Below are positions 28,890 through 44,964 of a DNA stretch of 64,000 bases, piece after piece; the first letter of the stretch is position 1; each line of letters begins with the position of its first letter. The stretch comes from Octopus vulgaris (taxonomy: Eukaryota). The notes below the pieces were generated by a model that made no database searches, had not been told where the DNA came from, and was given only the letters and a program-made list of their open reading frames with translations. The stretch covers positions 7,502,001 through 7,566,000 of the forward strand of contig OX597835.1 in NCBI GenBank assembly GCA_951406725.2, given 5' to 3'. The position numbers and the translations under genes are program-made.

Positions 28890-29585
28890 AGAAAGAAATA
28901 AAGAAAAAAGAAAGAAAAAAGGAAAGAAGGAAATAAGTAAGAAAGAAGAAAGAAAGAAAAAAGGAAAGAAGGAAAGAATGAATGAATGAATGAATGGAGT
29001 AGAGTGAGAAGACAAAAAAAGCAAAATAAAAAATGCTGAAGAAGAGCAGAAAGAAGAGGACTAGAAAAAGGAGGAAGAGGAAGAGAAGAACGAGGAAGAA
29101 GAAAAGTAGGAGGAAGAGGAGACGGTGGAAGGAAGAGAAAGAGGAGGAGAGGAACAATAAAAGGAGAAAGAAGACGAGGAGGAGGGAGAAGAGGGGAGGT
29201 TGGAAGGAGGAGGAGGAGGAAGGGGAAGGAGGAGGAAGAAGAGGAGGAAGAAGAGGAGGAAGAAGAGGAGGAAGAAGAGGAGGAAGAAGAGGAGGAAGAA
29301 GATGATGAAGAAGAGGAGGAGGAAGAGGAGGAAGAAGAGGAGGAAGAAGAGGAGGAAGAAGAGGAGGAAGAAGAGGGGAAGAGGAGGAGGAAGACGACGA
29401 GGAAGGCGAAGAGGAGGAAGAGGTGAGAGGAGAGGAGGAGGAGGAAGGGGAGTGGAAGAGGACGAGGAATATATAAAGCGGAGGAGGAGGAGGAATAATA
29501 AAGAAGAAGAAGAAGAAGAAGAAGAAGAAGAAGGAGGAGAAGGAGGAGGAGGAGAAGGAGGAGGAGAAGGGGGAGGAGAAGAAGC
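28890..29585. repeat. Purine-rich (GAA/GAG/GGA) low-complexity tract
   Basis: Direct inspection, includes (gaggaggaagaa)n. Confidence 0.9.
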
Positions 29586-29991
29586 AGCGACGACAGCTTT
29601 TATTTGTCAAATTTGCCAGTTTTAATTTTTTTAGCTCCAAAAATTGTGTTTCAATATAAAGATTATGGAATAAAGTGGAACATTAAGGCTGTGTAAATAA
29701 ATACTAAGCTAGCATATTGAATTATTTAAAGTAAGTTTAACCAAGCAGATACTAAATCAGGGAATGTAAATACGAAACAAATAAATAAACACTAAAATGG
29801 AAATAGTGAAATATATCTTCCAGAGTGAAAGCAAAATGTCTACAAATCGATTAAGTATTTTCATTTTTTTTAAAGTATTCTTCGGTTTTATCAACATTTT
29901 TTTCTTTGATGTAAATGTTTCTGTTGTTCGTTATTCGTTTCGCATATACGTTTGTCACTTCTCTACACATCAATGTGTCCGAATGTTACAC

Positions 29992-30105
<114 letters not shown>

Positions 30106-30284
30106 GATATATATATATATATATATATATACTTTGGGGTATGATAGATGAGTTCAGCAAAAATTTAGATTCAGATGAATACGGTACTTAAGTTGAGGCA
30201 CCAGAATTTAGTGCGGTATTATCCATAAAAATTTCAAAATAAGGTGGTTGAAATCAAAATAAGCAACAAGAATATCAAGCGGTA

Positions 30285-30372
30285 ATACAGTACGATCGTT
30301 TCACGCAACTCCATTTAATTGAACAATGCAACAATTACATCAATTTAAATGCAGAGCAATCCTCAGCTGCAC
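30285..30372 (-). ncRNA. Hammerhead ribozyme motif in a PLE-like 3' region (30135-30980)
   Basis: Reverse complement: gtgcag-CTGAGGA-[long imperfect stem II]-GAAAC-gatc-GTA-ctgtat; palindromic stem III ACGATCGT. Confidence 0.65.
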
Positions 30373-31061
30373 AAAGACATAGAATTTAATTAAATTAAAA
30401 CAGATGGACACATTAGTATAATTTTACTTAAAATCTCCAGCAAATTAAGGAGATAGACAAAGAACATGCTGCCTTCACTTCAACTTAAAAGCTACTAAGG
30501 TATCAGGAAGAAAGACTTCTTACAAATTTTGCTTGTCACTGTTTTATGGGGTCAGTTTTAATTTATAGACTAGTTTTATCAAAACCTTTTATATCTAAGG
30601 CCGAGAGAACAAGGGGCAGCGTCTGTTAGGGGTAGGGCTGAGGGAGTTATCAGAAATCATAGTGGGTATAGCCATAAAAAATCAAGATTTATTTGAAGCA
30701 ATATCATGAGATTTGGTAAAGGAAAAGCGTAAACCAAGATGTTAGCTGACATCTAGTTAGTTGGTGGTCAAGGTAATGTGAGGGGAGGATGGGAGAGAAT
30801 TGGGGGAGGGATTGGAAGAGATGAGAAGGTAAGGAGTGAATAAGTGTGAGATATATGAGCAGGGGTGATATGATAGAACCGCATTAAAGGATGGGTAGCG
30901 AAAAGGTATGGTGGGGTGATAATAAAGTGAGTAGTAGTTTTAGTGGTAAAATTTAAAGTGGAGGGAACAATACAAGGATGTATATATATATATATATATA
31001 TATAAAATTGAACTCCATCTGGTGAGATAAATATTGTTTAACGTACACAGATTATAGTTGT

Positions 31062-31146
31062 GAATTACAAATCGTTTCATACATTGAAGATATTATCTAG
31101 GCAGGTTTGAAAACACGCCTAGTGTCTCCAAGTACTCTTCAGACTC
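31062..31146 (-). ncRNA. Hammerhead ribozyme motif downstream of a PLE ORF end
   Basis: Reverse complement: gagt-CTGAAGA-gtac...ctaggc..gcctag...gtat-GAAAC-gattt-GTA-attc. Confidence 0.65.
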
Positions 31147-31363
31147 TAGGTACATGGCCTATACAAGTTAGAAATCAGGACAATAGAACAAGGGAAATCA
31201 CGAGAAATTACGAGATGAAGGTGGGCTCAAAAAGGGGAATGGTGGAAACCAGAAACAGAAAAAGAAAAGAATAAAGAATAAAGAATTAGAGTTTTGTCGT
31301 AGAGTCGTATGTCTAGATGGTGTAGAATCAACGGAAGGAGTCTAAAGTCCGCGATGTAGCTGT

Positions 31364-31535
31364 TCAATCCGGAGAGGGCGGTGTTCTCCACTTCGCCAAA
31401 AGAAACTTCTCCATGCGTGTGCCTTTGCTGAAAATTTGTGATCTGGAATTCAACATTCCAGTGGAATTCTTAGATCTAAAAACGGATAAACAATGACATT
31501 TACAAATAAAAGACTGGTTGCTTTTTCGTGTGTGC
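31364..31535 (-). pseudogene. Penelope-like element ORF extreme C-terminus
   Basis: ..ICKCHCL....GMLNSRSQIFSKGTRMEKFLL resembles the PLE terminal LN.RSE.FSKC.H..KFLL motif; followed by a hammerhead motif and (TA)n. Confidence 0.5.
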
Positions 31536-32773
31536 AAATTTATTTCTCTATTTATTCTATATACTACGAAGCCTGGACTACTTTTCTGGTCGAAATAACA
31601 CAATGACACCTGGAAACGAAAGGCTGGGTGTTATTTCATGTGTGCGTAAATATATTTCTGTATAACACTATGCTATAGAACTTGGGCTATTTTTTGTGTG
31701 CTACCCTCTGTAAAATATATATTGTGAACTGTTCTGTTATTGGTGATATAATATACATGTATGAGTCTATATGTGTGTGTCTGTGTGTCTGTGTATCTAT
31801 GTATGTGTCTGTGTGTGTGTATTAGAGTGTGTGTGTTCTTGTGGGCGTATTTTTATTTGTGTGTGTGTGTGTGTGTGTGTATGACTATGTGTGTATGTGT
31901 GTCTGTATCTGTATGCGCCTGCATGTGCTTGTGTGTGTATCTGTATGTGTAACTGTGTGTGTAGGGTGAGTGTGCTTGCTTGCGTGTGTGTATGCGTGCG
32001 TTTATATGTGTTTGTCTGTGTGTCTGTGTATCTATGTATGTGTCTCTGTGTGTGTATTAGAGTGTGTGTGTTCTTGTGGGCGTATTTTTATTTGTGTGTG
32101 TGTGTGTGTGTGTGTATGACTATGTGTGTATGTGTGTCTGTATCTGTATGCGCCTGCGTGTGTTTGTGTGTGTATCTGTATGTGTATCTGTGTGTGTGTG
32201 TGGGGGGGGGGGGCGTGTGTGCATGCGTGCGTGTGTGCGTGTGTGTGTATGCGTACGTGTGTGTGTATGCGTGTGCGTGTGCGTATTCGAGTTCATTTGT
32301 TATTCGTTTCTTCTTTTTTGAAATAAACAACAAACAGATTTCTGAAAATATTCGTCGCTTGGTAATTCGCAACTATCTTTGAGCGATTCCTTTCGCTTCA
32401 AAAGCATAAATAAGTTTTCTTCACTTCATGCATCAATAAACGCTACGATGTTACATATTTTGTAGTTAACCAATCCCTTTATTTCAATCAAATTTTCTTT
32501 TTTTTGCATTTCATTTTAATGTCGCCGGTGAACGGGCTATCTTATATACGCTAAACAATAAAGAAATATATATATATAAATACAAATAGCCATCTGTCGT
32601 TCGACAAACAAACATATTTTAAAGTGCTGTCATTGTTTGTATTCGCTACGTATTTTCAGGTACAATTGCTTTGGGGATGATAATCATCTTTTAATGCGAT
32701 TTATACAGTTTTATCTGCACGTATATGTGTGTGTATGTATGTATGTATGTATGTATGTATGTATGTATGTATG

Positions 32774-32856
<83 letters not shown>

Positions 32857-32926
32857 GTATATGTATAATGTGTATATATATATATATATATATGCATATA
32901 TATATATATATATAAATATATATATA

Positions 32927-32970
<44 letters not shown>

Positions 32971-33063
32971 TACATATATATATATATATATATATATATG
33001 TGTATATATATATATATATATTTATATATATTTATTATATAGAAGGATTTGTTGATTCGGGAC

Positions 33064-33144
<81 letters not shown>

Positions 33145-33477
33145 TATGATTTATTTATTTATATACATGTGTGTGTGTGTGCGTGTACATATGACAGAAA
33201 AGAGATATATCTTGTTAAAAATAAGATGTTCGAGTAGTTAAAATAGAATTAAAATGAAATTAAGAATTAAATAAAATTAAGATAAGCGTGAAAGGGTATC
33301 ACTGTAAAAGTCATAAATAATATGGAGGATGCTAAAAGGGGAAGAGAGAATAGAACAGAAAAGAGGGGTTGCTGCTAGAGAGGTGTGACGGGGAAAAGGA
33401 GAGACAGAAAGAAAGAACATAGCAAGGAACTGAGGCTTAAACATACGTATCTGTTTATATATGTGTGTATATGAAAT

Positions 33478-33920
33478 GGCGCCGAGTTAACAGGATCTTT
33501 AGCACGTTGGATAAAATGCTTACCGGCATTTCGTCCGTCTTTACGTTCTAAGTTCAAATTCCGTCGAGGTCATCTTTGCCTTTCATCCTTTTCAGGGTCG
33601 ATGAAATAAGTACCAGTCGAGTATTGGGGGTCGATGTAATCGACTGTCGCTCCACCCTTAAAAACTGCTGGCCCTGTGTCGAAATTCGAAACCATTATGC
33701 CGAGCATATATTGGTTTCAAATTCTGGCAGATGACCGGTGAGGGATTAAGTTTGGTTACATCCACCTCAGTACTCAACTGGTACTTACATTTTGTTGACC
33801 CTCGAAAAGATGAAACGCAAAGATGACCTCGGCCGAATTTAAGCTCAGAACGTAAAGACAGTTGAAATGCCGCTAAGCATTTTGCCCGGCGAGCTAACAA
33901 CTCAACCAGCTTGCTGCCTT
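33478..33920. mobile_element. Inverted pair of SINE family B copies (tail-to-tail)
   Basis: Plus copy 33478-33695 and minus copy 33710-33920. Confidence 0.75.
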
Positions 33921-34344
33921 AAGCCTGGTTCCTATAGTAGAAAAGATTATTATTGCTTGTAGAAATATCACCCTCCGGGCGGTTTTCTGCTACCAATGTA
34001 TATTTGAATATTTTTCTTTTAAAAATTAGAATTCATTTCATAATTTTGTTTAAAAATCAAGAAATCTAAAAAAAATTAAATTATATTCATTGTATGTCTG
34101 CCATATTTCCTGATACTGCCCACTGTGACAAAAGCGTTACTTCCGAACGTACCAGTCAAATGAAAGCTAATACTCTACTTAATATATAATTCAGTATACA
34201 TACTGGTGTTATATTTAATTTTATTTTAAGATAAATGTTTTTCATCGAAAATTAATATTTATTTCATCATTTTGTACAAGTACCAAGAAATTTGACAAAA
34301 TAATTTTAGTAAATGTATCGCAAAAGATTACATCATACTCTCTT

Positions 34345-34651
34345 AAGCTTTTATTTCTTTCAGTCATTTGACTGCGGCCATACTGCAGCACCGCCTCTAG
34401 TCGAACAAATCGACTCCAGGACTCATTCTTTGTAAGCCTAGTACTTATTATATCGGTATCATTTGCCGAACCGCTAAGCTACGGGGACGTAAACACACCA
34501 GCATCGGTTGTCAAGCGTTAGTGGGGGGGGGATGAAGGACAAACACAGACACACAAACACACGTATGTATGTATGTACGTATATATGTATGTATGTATAT
34601 ATATATATATATTTATATATATATGTATATATACATATATGTATGTGTATA

Positions 34652-34682
<31 letters not shown>

Positions 34683-34900
34683 CATATATGTATATATATG
34701 TATATATGTATATGTATACATATATAATATATTATATATACGACGAGCTTCTTCCAGTTCCCGTCTAGCGAATCCACCTCACATGGCTTTGGTCGGCTCG
34801 AGGCTATAGCAGAAAATACTTGCCCAAGGTGCCACGCAGTGGGACTGAACCCGGAACCATGTGGTTGGTAAGCAAACTACCTACCACACCGCCACTCCTG
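34345..34900 (-). mobile_element. SINE family A
   Basis: Reverse complement of family A with expanded central microsatellite. Confidence 0.8.
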
Positions 34901-35539
34901 TCATAATGTGCAACCCACCATCATCAGATAATATTTTAATCTGTTGACCCTGGTCAGAGCCAGCATTTGTCGGGCAAGTGTTTTATGACTACGTTAAATA
35001 AAATTCAACCTAAACAACTTTTAAAAGTCAATTCGTATTTTCTATTTTATACCTACCACACCGCCACTCCTGTCATAATGTGCAACCCGGTATCCATCAT
35101 CAGAAGTCTAATATGCTTTAATCTGTTGACCCTGGTCAGAGCCAGCATTTGTCTGGGCAAGTGTTTTATGACTACGTTAAATAAGGAATGTTTATAACTA
35201 ATTTACAATTATTGTATCTTTTATTTTTATTTCCTATTTGTTTCAATCATTAGACTGTGGCCATACTGGGACACCAACTTGGAGAATTTTAGTCGAATGA
35301 ATCGGCCACGGTACTTATTTTTTAAAACCGTATGCCTATTGTATCGGCCTTTTTTGCCGAACCGCTACTGTTATGGGAACGTAAACACACCAGCAACACT
35401 ATATTTCTTGATAATACTCATGGGGGCAAAAGTATATTTCTTAAGTTACCCATTATATGAAGGCTAACTTCAGAAGTTATATAATTCTCTAGTCATAACG
35501 TTGTTGTTGTTGGTGGTGTTGCTCTTGTTGTTGTTCTTA

Positions 35540-35980
<441 letters not shown>

Positions 35981-36599
35981 CTGCCGTTTCTATATTTTTA
36001 GTTTGAACATCGTTTATTTATTTTCCTTCCTTTTTCAGTTTTATTCAATTTTAAAACAATGTCTGGCGGTCGACCGCAAAACTAATCAAGCAGAAATCTC
36101 GACTTGCTTCCTTCATAGAAATATATTTCAACGGTAACATATTTTTCTATTTCCATCTACTAATTAACTCACCAAAACTTTGCCAAAAATTAAACTGCCA
36201 TGAAAATAAATTAGAATCCCGATCTTTTGATAAATTTTCTAATAACCTTTCGTCCACAAATAACAAAGCGGGGAAACGATTCGCTTCATTACCCAACCTT
36301 CGCTTCCTCATAACATAGAAATACTCACGATGATTAGGTTTTTTTTTTTTGGTGGGGGGAGTTGTTGTTGTTTTTCGCTCAGCAAGGCACATTGCCTCAT
36401 TCTTGAGCAGTGACGTAGCTAGGTTGCATGGTACCTGGGGGTGGCTCTTCAGATAGTCCTCCCTCCCCGGCTTCTTCAACCCCATATACATGCCCAAAAG
36501 CGTTGCATCCGTAAAAGCGTCGTCTGGGGTAGTCAGCGTTCTTCGGCCACGCCACTGGCGGTAACCATTACGTTGTGCAGTTAGTTCTGATGTACTTGG

Positions 36600-37420
36600 G
36601 AAAACGGAGTGTTGTCTCTGCTAGCCATTGTACAAGGTTGAAGGCCCACGATGGAATAATTCGTCCACATCTTGGACGGTGCAACTGCTGCCACTATTGC
36701 TGTTACGTACATAGACATCCGGGATCGCATTCAGGGAAAAACCTCTCGATTGATTGACACACTCCAGCCCCTCAAGCTCACAGGCATGCTGTTTCAGCAT
36801 TTTGTCTTTTTTGGTCTTTTTCTGTCGTTGCTACTGGAAGCACTCCGTCGGTTACGACGACGAGGGTTCCGGTTGATCCGAATCAACGGAATAACCTGCT
36901 CGTGAAATTAACGTGTAAGTGGCTGAGCACTCCACAGACTCGTGTACCCTTAACGTAGTTCTCGGGGATATTCAGCGTGACACAGAGAGTGACAAGGCCG
37001 GCCCTTTGAAATACAGGTACAACAGAAACAGGAAGTAAGAGTGAGAGAAAGTTGTGGTGAAAGAGTACAGCAGGGATCACCACCGTCCCCTGCCGGAGCC
37101 GCGTGGAGCTTTAGGTGTTTTCGCTCAATAAACACTCACAACGCCAGGTCTGGGAATCGAAACCGTGATCCTATGACCGCGAGTCCGCTGCCCTAACCAC
37201 TGGGCCATTGCGCCTCGTTGCTACTACGATGGCCCCAGTTCATCAGAGCTAGTTAATCTCGTACCTTCACCGCCCAGGCATGCCTAACCCACTCGTCAGT
37301 GTAATTCTCGACACCACCTCCGCCTTCGTTCCTAACCATCTTTACCAGTCCTTCCTTTGCTAACCACCTTTACCAGTCCTTCCTCCCCAATCGTGATCCC
37401 TCTGGATGTCATGTCATGTT
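36600..37420 (+). pseudogene. Degraded CR1/L2-like LINE ORF2 C-terminus, split by SINE D
   Basis: Frameshifted LYK..RPTME..HI.DGA...DIRDRIQGKTSRLID..LQPL..RHAVSAFCLF..YYDG.SSSELVNLVP. Confidence 0.6.
36836..37214 (-). mobile_element. SINE family D with 11-bp TSD, inserted in a CR1-like LINE end
   Basis: tcgttgctact duplicated at 36825-36835 and 37215-37225. Confidence 0.85.
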
Positions 37421-37499
37421 AGTCAAAATATAGGTTGCATACTTCCACACCAATTCCAAACTAAACCAAAAATAACCGTCAGTTATTATTATCGTTTTT

Positions 37500-37781
37500 T
37501 TATTTCTTTCAGTCTTTGGGCTGCGTCCATGCTGGGGCACCGCGTTGAAGGAGTTTGTCGAACAAATCGACCCCAGTACTTATTTGTAAACCTGGCGCTT
37601 ATTCTATCAGCCTTTTTTGTCGAACCGCTAAATTACGAAAGCGAAAGCACACCAACAGCGGTTGCCAAGCGGTGTGGGGAGGACAAACATGAACACAAAC
37701 ACACAGACACAGGCATACACGCGCGCGCACATACTCATGCATACATACATAAACATATATATATATATGTGTGTGCGTGTG

Positions 37782-37813
<32 letters not shown>

Positions 37814-37840
37814 GGTATATAGATATAGATATGTACATAC

Positions 37841-37916
<76 letters not shown>

Positions 37917-38110
37917 GTATGTATGTATATATATACACATACCTGTATGTGTACAGGTGTGTGTGTGTGTGCGTGCGTGTGTGTATGCGTATGTACGATA
38001 GGCTTCTTTCAGTTTCCGTCTACTAAATTTACATGCAAGCTTTGGTCAGCCCGGGGCTATATTACGTAGAAGACAGTTGCCCAAGGTGCCGTGCAGTGGG
38101 ACTGAACCTA
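37500..38110 (-). mobile_element. SINE family A (diverged)
   Basis: Reverse complement similarity to family A on both sides of a TA/CA tract. Confidence 0.7.
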
Positions 38111-39679
38111 CATGGTTGTAAAGAAATCTTCTCACCACACGCCACACTGGCCCGTATTCTGTATAATTACTCGACAAATCATTATCGAGATTTTCACTAT
38201 TTTTCTTTAATCAATTTGTTCGTGTTACCTCATTCATTAAAGAGTGATTGAAGTAAAATGGGTGAAGTCGAAACTTTTCGGCATTTTAACAGCTGCTTTT
38301 TGCGCTTGTAGATAATATTAAAATATGAGACTAGTCAAATATTAATCACTGAACACATCTCAGATATTTTGAGTAGTCTTACTTGCTTTAGGATGACGCA
38401 TCAATGAATCTAAGCTAAGACCACTTATATGTCTCTCCAAGCTTCAAATAAATTATTTCATTAACTCGATCTTTCTTGCTTCTTGTCGAAGACTTCGATG
38501 TTATTTGTAACGTTCTGAAGGCGTTAGTTTGGAGTAATTTTAATCTTAATTACATATGATTAGAAACCAGTTAATTCCACTCAAAATGATTGATTAGAAA
38601 TACAACTTTCAATGGATCCTCAGAGCGATCGTCTGCCACAATGGTAAATATAGGCTGTGTTATTTCGGTCTTTCCCGTGTTTGTATGCATTGCAATTACA
38701 TTATAGGAAGTACCCAATCGTTTCTGATTTCGTTCGACATCATCAAAAATAGTTCGTTTCTTTAGTTTTATAAACTGACTTATTTTGCAATGATAGAACG
38801 AAGTTTCAGATGATATGTAGTTATTCTGATCTTTGAAAATATAAACGAACGCGTCCGCTGTAATAACTCTCTTATCGGTTTTACTTCTAGATTTTATAAA
38901 TTTGATATGATTAATTAAAAAAAAAAAACATTTGTTCATTTGATTGATAAAATTTCTGCTGATATGATTTGATTCACAAAACTCCCTCCTTTAAGTATCT
39001 ATTCGTGTGTGCCGGATTTATCTTTCGTTTCCACATCAAAAATGGCCACGTATAGCAGTCTAACATTACTAGCATGAAGTCTTTATAGTAACTTGAAAAA
39101 CTTGGAAATTCACGACTACCCAGATACACACACACTCACACATACAAACACACATACAAAAACACACACATACATATATACATACATACATACATACATA
39201 CATACATACATACATACATACATACATACATACATACATACGACAAGCTTTCTTTCAGTTTCCATCCTACCAAATCCACCCACAAGGCGTTATTCGGCCC
39301 GGGACTATAGTAGTATATAAGACCATAGCGGATCTTCTTCTAGCACAATGGATGGATGTCCAGTTACAGTTCATCCCTGTAATATAAGAGTTTCTATTAT
39401 ATAATAGAAACTATTATATAACAGTGATTAGTTTCAGTATTAAAGCGAAAGTATGTGACATTACAATAGAGAGATGTTTTTCTTTCAGTTTTGACACGTA
39501 ATACTGAAATAGTAGAGAAGATATGATATTGCTGTGGGCTCGCACTAGGCAAGAAGTTAAAAAATGTTTTTGCCCATGACACTGCATGGACCCTAAGTAA
39601 GGCATGTGTAAAATTTGGATGATATTGGTTGAGTAGTTCTCACGTTTTGGGGATTCACACAGACAGACATACATTCTCA

Positions 39680-39716
<37 letters not shown>

Positions 39717-39774
39717 GCGGATGATGTGGATGATGAGGATGAGGATGATGATGATGATGATGATGATGGTGGTG

Positions 39775-39967
39775 AAGAAGAAGAAGAAGAAGAAGAAGAA
39801 GAAGAAGAAGAAGAAGAAGAAGAAGAAGAAGAAGAAGAAGAAGAAGAAGAAGAAGAAGAAGAAGAAGAAGAAGAAGAAGAAGAAGAAGAAGAAGAAGAAG
39901 AAGAAGAAGAAGAAGAAGAAGAAGAAGAAGAAGAAGAAGAAGAAGAAGAAGAAGAAGAAGAAGAAGA
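39775..39967. repeat. Perfect (GAA)n microsatellite
   Basis: Direct inspection. Confidence 0.95.
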
Positions 39968-40482
39968 TCCCCATAAATAAGGTTACGAATGGAAAAACCA
40001 AGATGTAGTAAGAGAAATATTTTTGAAGTAAAAGATTCTATTTTCACTTTTTTCTTTTTTTTTACTTCTAATTTCATTTTCGCTTTTATTTATGTATTCT
40101 TTACCTCTCTGTCCCTTGCTTAGTTGGAAATTTACCAAAATAACATCTGAACAGAAGCCAGGACCCCGAATAATTAGGGAGAAAGACATCGGCAAACTAA
40201 CCAACATTAAATATATAATAATGGACTTATATTCATTCAAACATCTCTCCCCTACACATCACCAACACCAACACCAACTCCTACCCACCCATACTAGTTT
40301 GTGGGCTTTTGTTTGTTTTAAACACTGCCACCACCACCACCACCACCACCACCACCAACACCACCACCAACACCGCCCGCCTCTACATATTCATCTGTGT
40401 GTGAATGCGTGTGTATGCATGTGTATATGTGTGTATGTGTGTGTATGTATGTACGTATGCATAATGGTTAAATTTTTCGTTT

Positions 40483-40534
<52 letters not shown>

Positions 40535-40582
40535 TATATTTATACATATATACAGATATACATATATACACATCTATATACT

Positions 40583-40630
<48 letters not shown>

Positions 40631-40731
40631 GCACATATGTATACATATATGTATATATAACACACATGCATAATTATATGTATGTAAATATTATATATAT
40701 ATATATAATTACACACATATATATAATTACA

Positions 40732-40763
<32 letters not shown>

Positions 40764-41045
40764 CATAGGTATATATATCCACACTTACTTATGTATGTAT
40801 AATGGCTATACAATTCGCTTAAAACTTTTGAAAAACTTACAAATAAAATATAGAAACAAAACTTTGTCTGCAGCAGATTTTAATGCTTTTCAATATCAAA
40901 GATATCGAATCCGTATATTTTATAATTTTTTTTCTAATTCAATTTAATTACACAAAATAAAGTATTAGTTTTTGTTTTCGTTTCTATTTTGTTCTTTTGG
41001 GGGGGAATCGGAAACTGATTTACATGAGCCATACATTTTGCATAC

Positions 41046-41641
<596 letters not shown>

Positions 41642-41862
41642 CAGCAGTTGTATTGTATTGTTTTGCATTTATAACAAGATAAATATATACAAATTACATA
41701 AATGATAAAAATATACACAGCACAGTACTGTTTCTACCTCGCGGATTTTCATGAATCGCGGGAAGTTTTGGAACGTAACATCCGTGATAGTCGAGGGATT
41801 ACTGTGTATATGTGTATATATATATATATATAGTACTAAACAGAATGAAGAGGAAAATTTAT

Positions 41863-41906
<44 letters not shown>

Positions 41907-42462
41907 AATATTAGGGAATAAATCCAAACTTACGGAAAAAATCAGATTTAGAGCCTTCATTCTTCAGTCAGAAACCGATTCATCATGGCAAATTTCGGGT
42001 GTTTAATTCTGAAATTTGCTCCGAAAAGGCCAGCCCCAAGGCAAAAGCTAAGCTATGGGCATTAGATTTGCTTGGTAGAAGGAAAGAATGTGACAACAGA
42101 GACGAACAGGGAAACAAGAGACGAAGATAAAATTTACAGTAACGAATAAAAACAGGAAATATTTATCTTGGCGAGGTTTAAACATATATATATATATATA
42201 TGTGTGTGTGTGTATGTACACATAAGCATGCATGTACATATATATATATATATATATATAGTTAATCCAAACATGAAAACACAAAGAGAAAACACAACAA
42301 CGCGAGGACGTGGAACAAATATAGTATTATTGGACGCTCAGGAAGGAAGGGAAGAAGGAGGGTTTAATGTTTCGAGCAGAGCTCTTCGTTCGAAACATAG
42401 GAGAAGGAAAGATCCAGAGAAGGGAAGACAGAGGAAAAAAATCGCCAACGGTACACACGCGG

Positions 42463-42521
<59 letters not shown>

Positions 42522-42564
42522 TTATATATATATATAAATATTACATTTCTAAATTATAGGCTCT

Positions 42565-44530
42565 AAACGAATGGCTCGTTTGAAGGCGTACCACAATCTG
42601 TTATTCACGATGGCTCCGCATAATATCCTCTGTACTAACTCCCTAATCCGGGTACGGAAGACGTTACTAGTCTAAATAGACTTGTTCAACCTCCAGTATC
42701 CGGAAGTGTCTATGACACTTAGCTAGCTGAACCTCACACGTCACAAATTTGTGATCCGTGTAAGAGGCACAGTGAAAATGTGGACAACTCTCACTATCTT
42801 TTATAATAACCCTATCTAAGTAAGATATGAATGAACCACGTCCACTGTGGAACGAGCGGTTCATCCAGTCTGTATAGGTCTACTAGTTTATAGCTCGCTT
42901 GTAGCCTTTTCAGGCCAGTGCTTTCTTTTCTATTATTCGAGCCTACACTATCCACTCGCAGTCGAGAATAGTGTTGAAGTCTCCTGTTAAAACTAAAGTT
43001 TGTGACGTCACTAGGAAATTCTCCAAGTCTCGAAAGAAAACCGTTTGATTATCCTCTTTTGGAGCATAGAATGCCAGCAGACTGAAGGACTGCTTACTCA
43101 CATGTAACGCTTCATTTTTTTGTGTTATAGGGAGACAATTGTTTCTCGTTGTATATATTTATGTGAAATGTTGTGGGTGGGTTTCGATGTCGAAGTGTAC
43201 GGGTGTATTTTTTGTGTGTTTTGCAATGATTCTTTACGTTTTCTTGTAAGGGGGGGGGGGGAAGTCAGAGCCAAAGGATTTTTTCCTTTTATGTGTCACT
43301 ACTGTATAATCCATTTCTTCACTTGAAGTTCCTTTCTCTTTTTCTGTTATATTTTCTGTTGGTTTATCTTTCTCTTGGCTTTTCCTGGTTTTGCTTATTT
43401 TCTTCTATCGGTTTGGGTTTTTTCCTCTTTCGCCTTTTTTTCTCTTGTTGGTGTTTTTCCAGTTGGGGAGGGACCTCTGCTTTCTTTTGCGTCGACTTTT
43501 TTTATCTTCTCGCATTCGGAGCGGACGTGGCCCTTCTCACCGCATTAAAAACATCTGGGCCGCCGTCCCTCCACCGACACTCTCGCGCTCAGTCCCTCTC
43601 CTATAAAAATCCTGTCTGGCCTGGATTCGAGCGTTCCATTTGAAGCTTGAACCAGTAACTCTAAAGTCTGTCCCCTCCAGTTAACCGCCTCTCTTTTTTT
43701 CATGGAGAAAATGTTCATCTCCTCCTCTGCGTCATGAATTAGAGCTGTTGTAAACCATTACACATCGTACTCAGCTGGAATTTCTTCAATTATTATTTTC
43801 GCGGTTCTCCGGCCGAGATACGTAGGTAGTAACAAAATGTCGTCGATTTTCAGTGTCTGAGTAGACATTTCTTTGGCTATTTCGGCGCTTTCGAATTGCG
43901 CCTCAATCGTTTCATTGCGTGGGCCTTTACCGACATACTTTATTTTTCCCCAAATGGGAACGAGACATATTTTCAATTAATTCGGTTTTCATTTTCATAA
44001 TGCCTTTCTCCATTCTATTGTAAGTTTTATAAGCAACCGTTCGCACTGCAAGATTTTGAATCATATCTTTAGGTGGAATAAGCCTTGTTTCGCTTCTGGT
44101 TAGTTTTATTAAATTTCTGTATTGAAACAGATGTTCTTTCGAAACTTCTAAATCATTGAATTGACCCCCAACGGCGGCAGAAAAACTGTTCGCGTTTTTT
44201 TCAACTTTATTTCCTTCAGGGTTAACCTGTTCAGAACAATTATTTTCTTCCTGTAAGAGCGGGAATTCGACATTGCACATAAAAAAGTCGAGGTGTGACA
44301 TCATGGCGTCCTCCATTGCACATAAAAAAAAAAATTTCCTTTACGGGAAAACAGTCAACAAATATTAAATTTTTCTTTATCGGAAGAGCAGTTCACAAAA
44401 TCTCCTTACAAAAGGAGCAGAAAAACAATTTTTCCTGCACGTAGGGCGAAAACTAGCAGTAACGATCGCCGTTCAAATTTCATAATATTCACAAAATCCA
44501 ACAACGAACCATTAACAAAAATTCAGCAAT
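42565..44530 (-). mobile_element. Degraded Tx1/L1-clade LINE: ORF1 remnant and AP-endonuclease start of ORF2
   Basis: Minus strand LLAFYAP...FFRDLENFL...LVLTGDFNTILD...SYLDRV...YTDHKFV...GYWRLN; frameshifted ORF1 pieces at 43927-44316 and 43758-43976. Confidence 0.8.
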
Positions 44531-44653
44531 AATAGTTCTCGGGGAGATTCAGCGTGACACACACACTGTGACAAGGCTGGTCCCCTTCGAAATACAATTA
44601 CAACAGAAACAGGAAGAAAAGAGTGGGAGGTAGTTGTGGTGTATGTATATATC

Positions 44654-44699
<46 letters not shown>

Positions 44700-44813
44700 C
44701 GTCATCACCGTGACCGACCAGGCTATCAGATGTTGCTACACATCGCTGGCCACAATGCGTTTCGGATTGTTTTTGCCTTTAAATAACGCCACCCCGCTGG
44801 CTAAGCAAGCAGG

Positions 44814-44961
<148 letters not shown>

Positions 44962-44964
44962 TAT

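Noticed and set aside
38300-38939. 122-aa minus-strand ORF, possibly a MULE-like transposase remnant
   Set aside because: No diagnostic motif I can confirm by eye.
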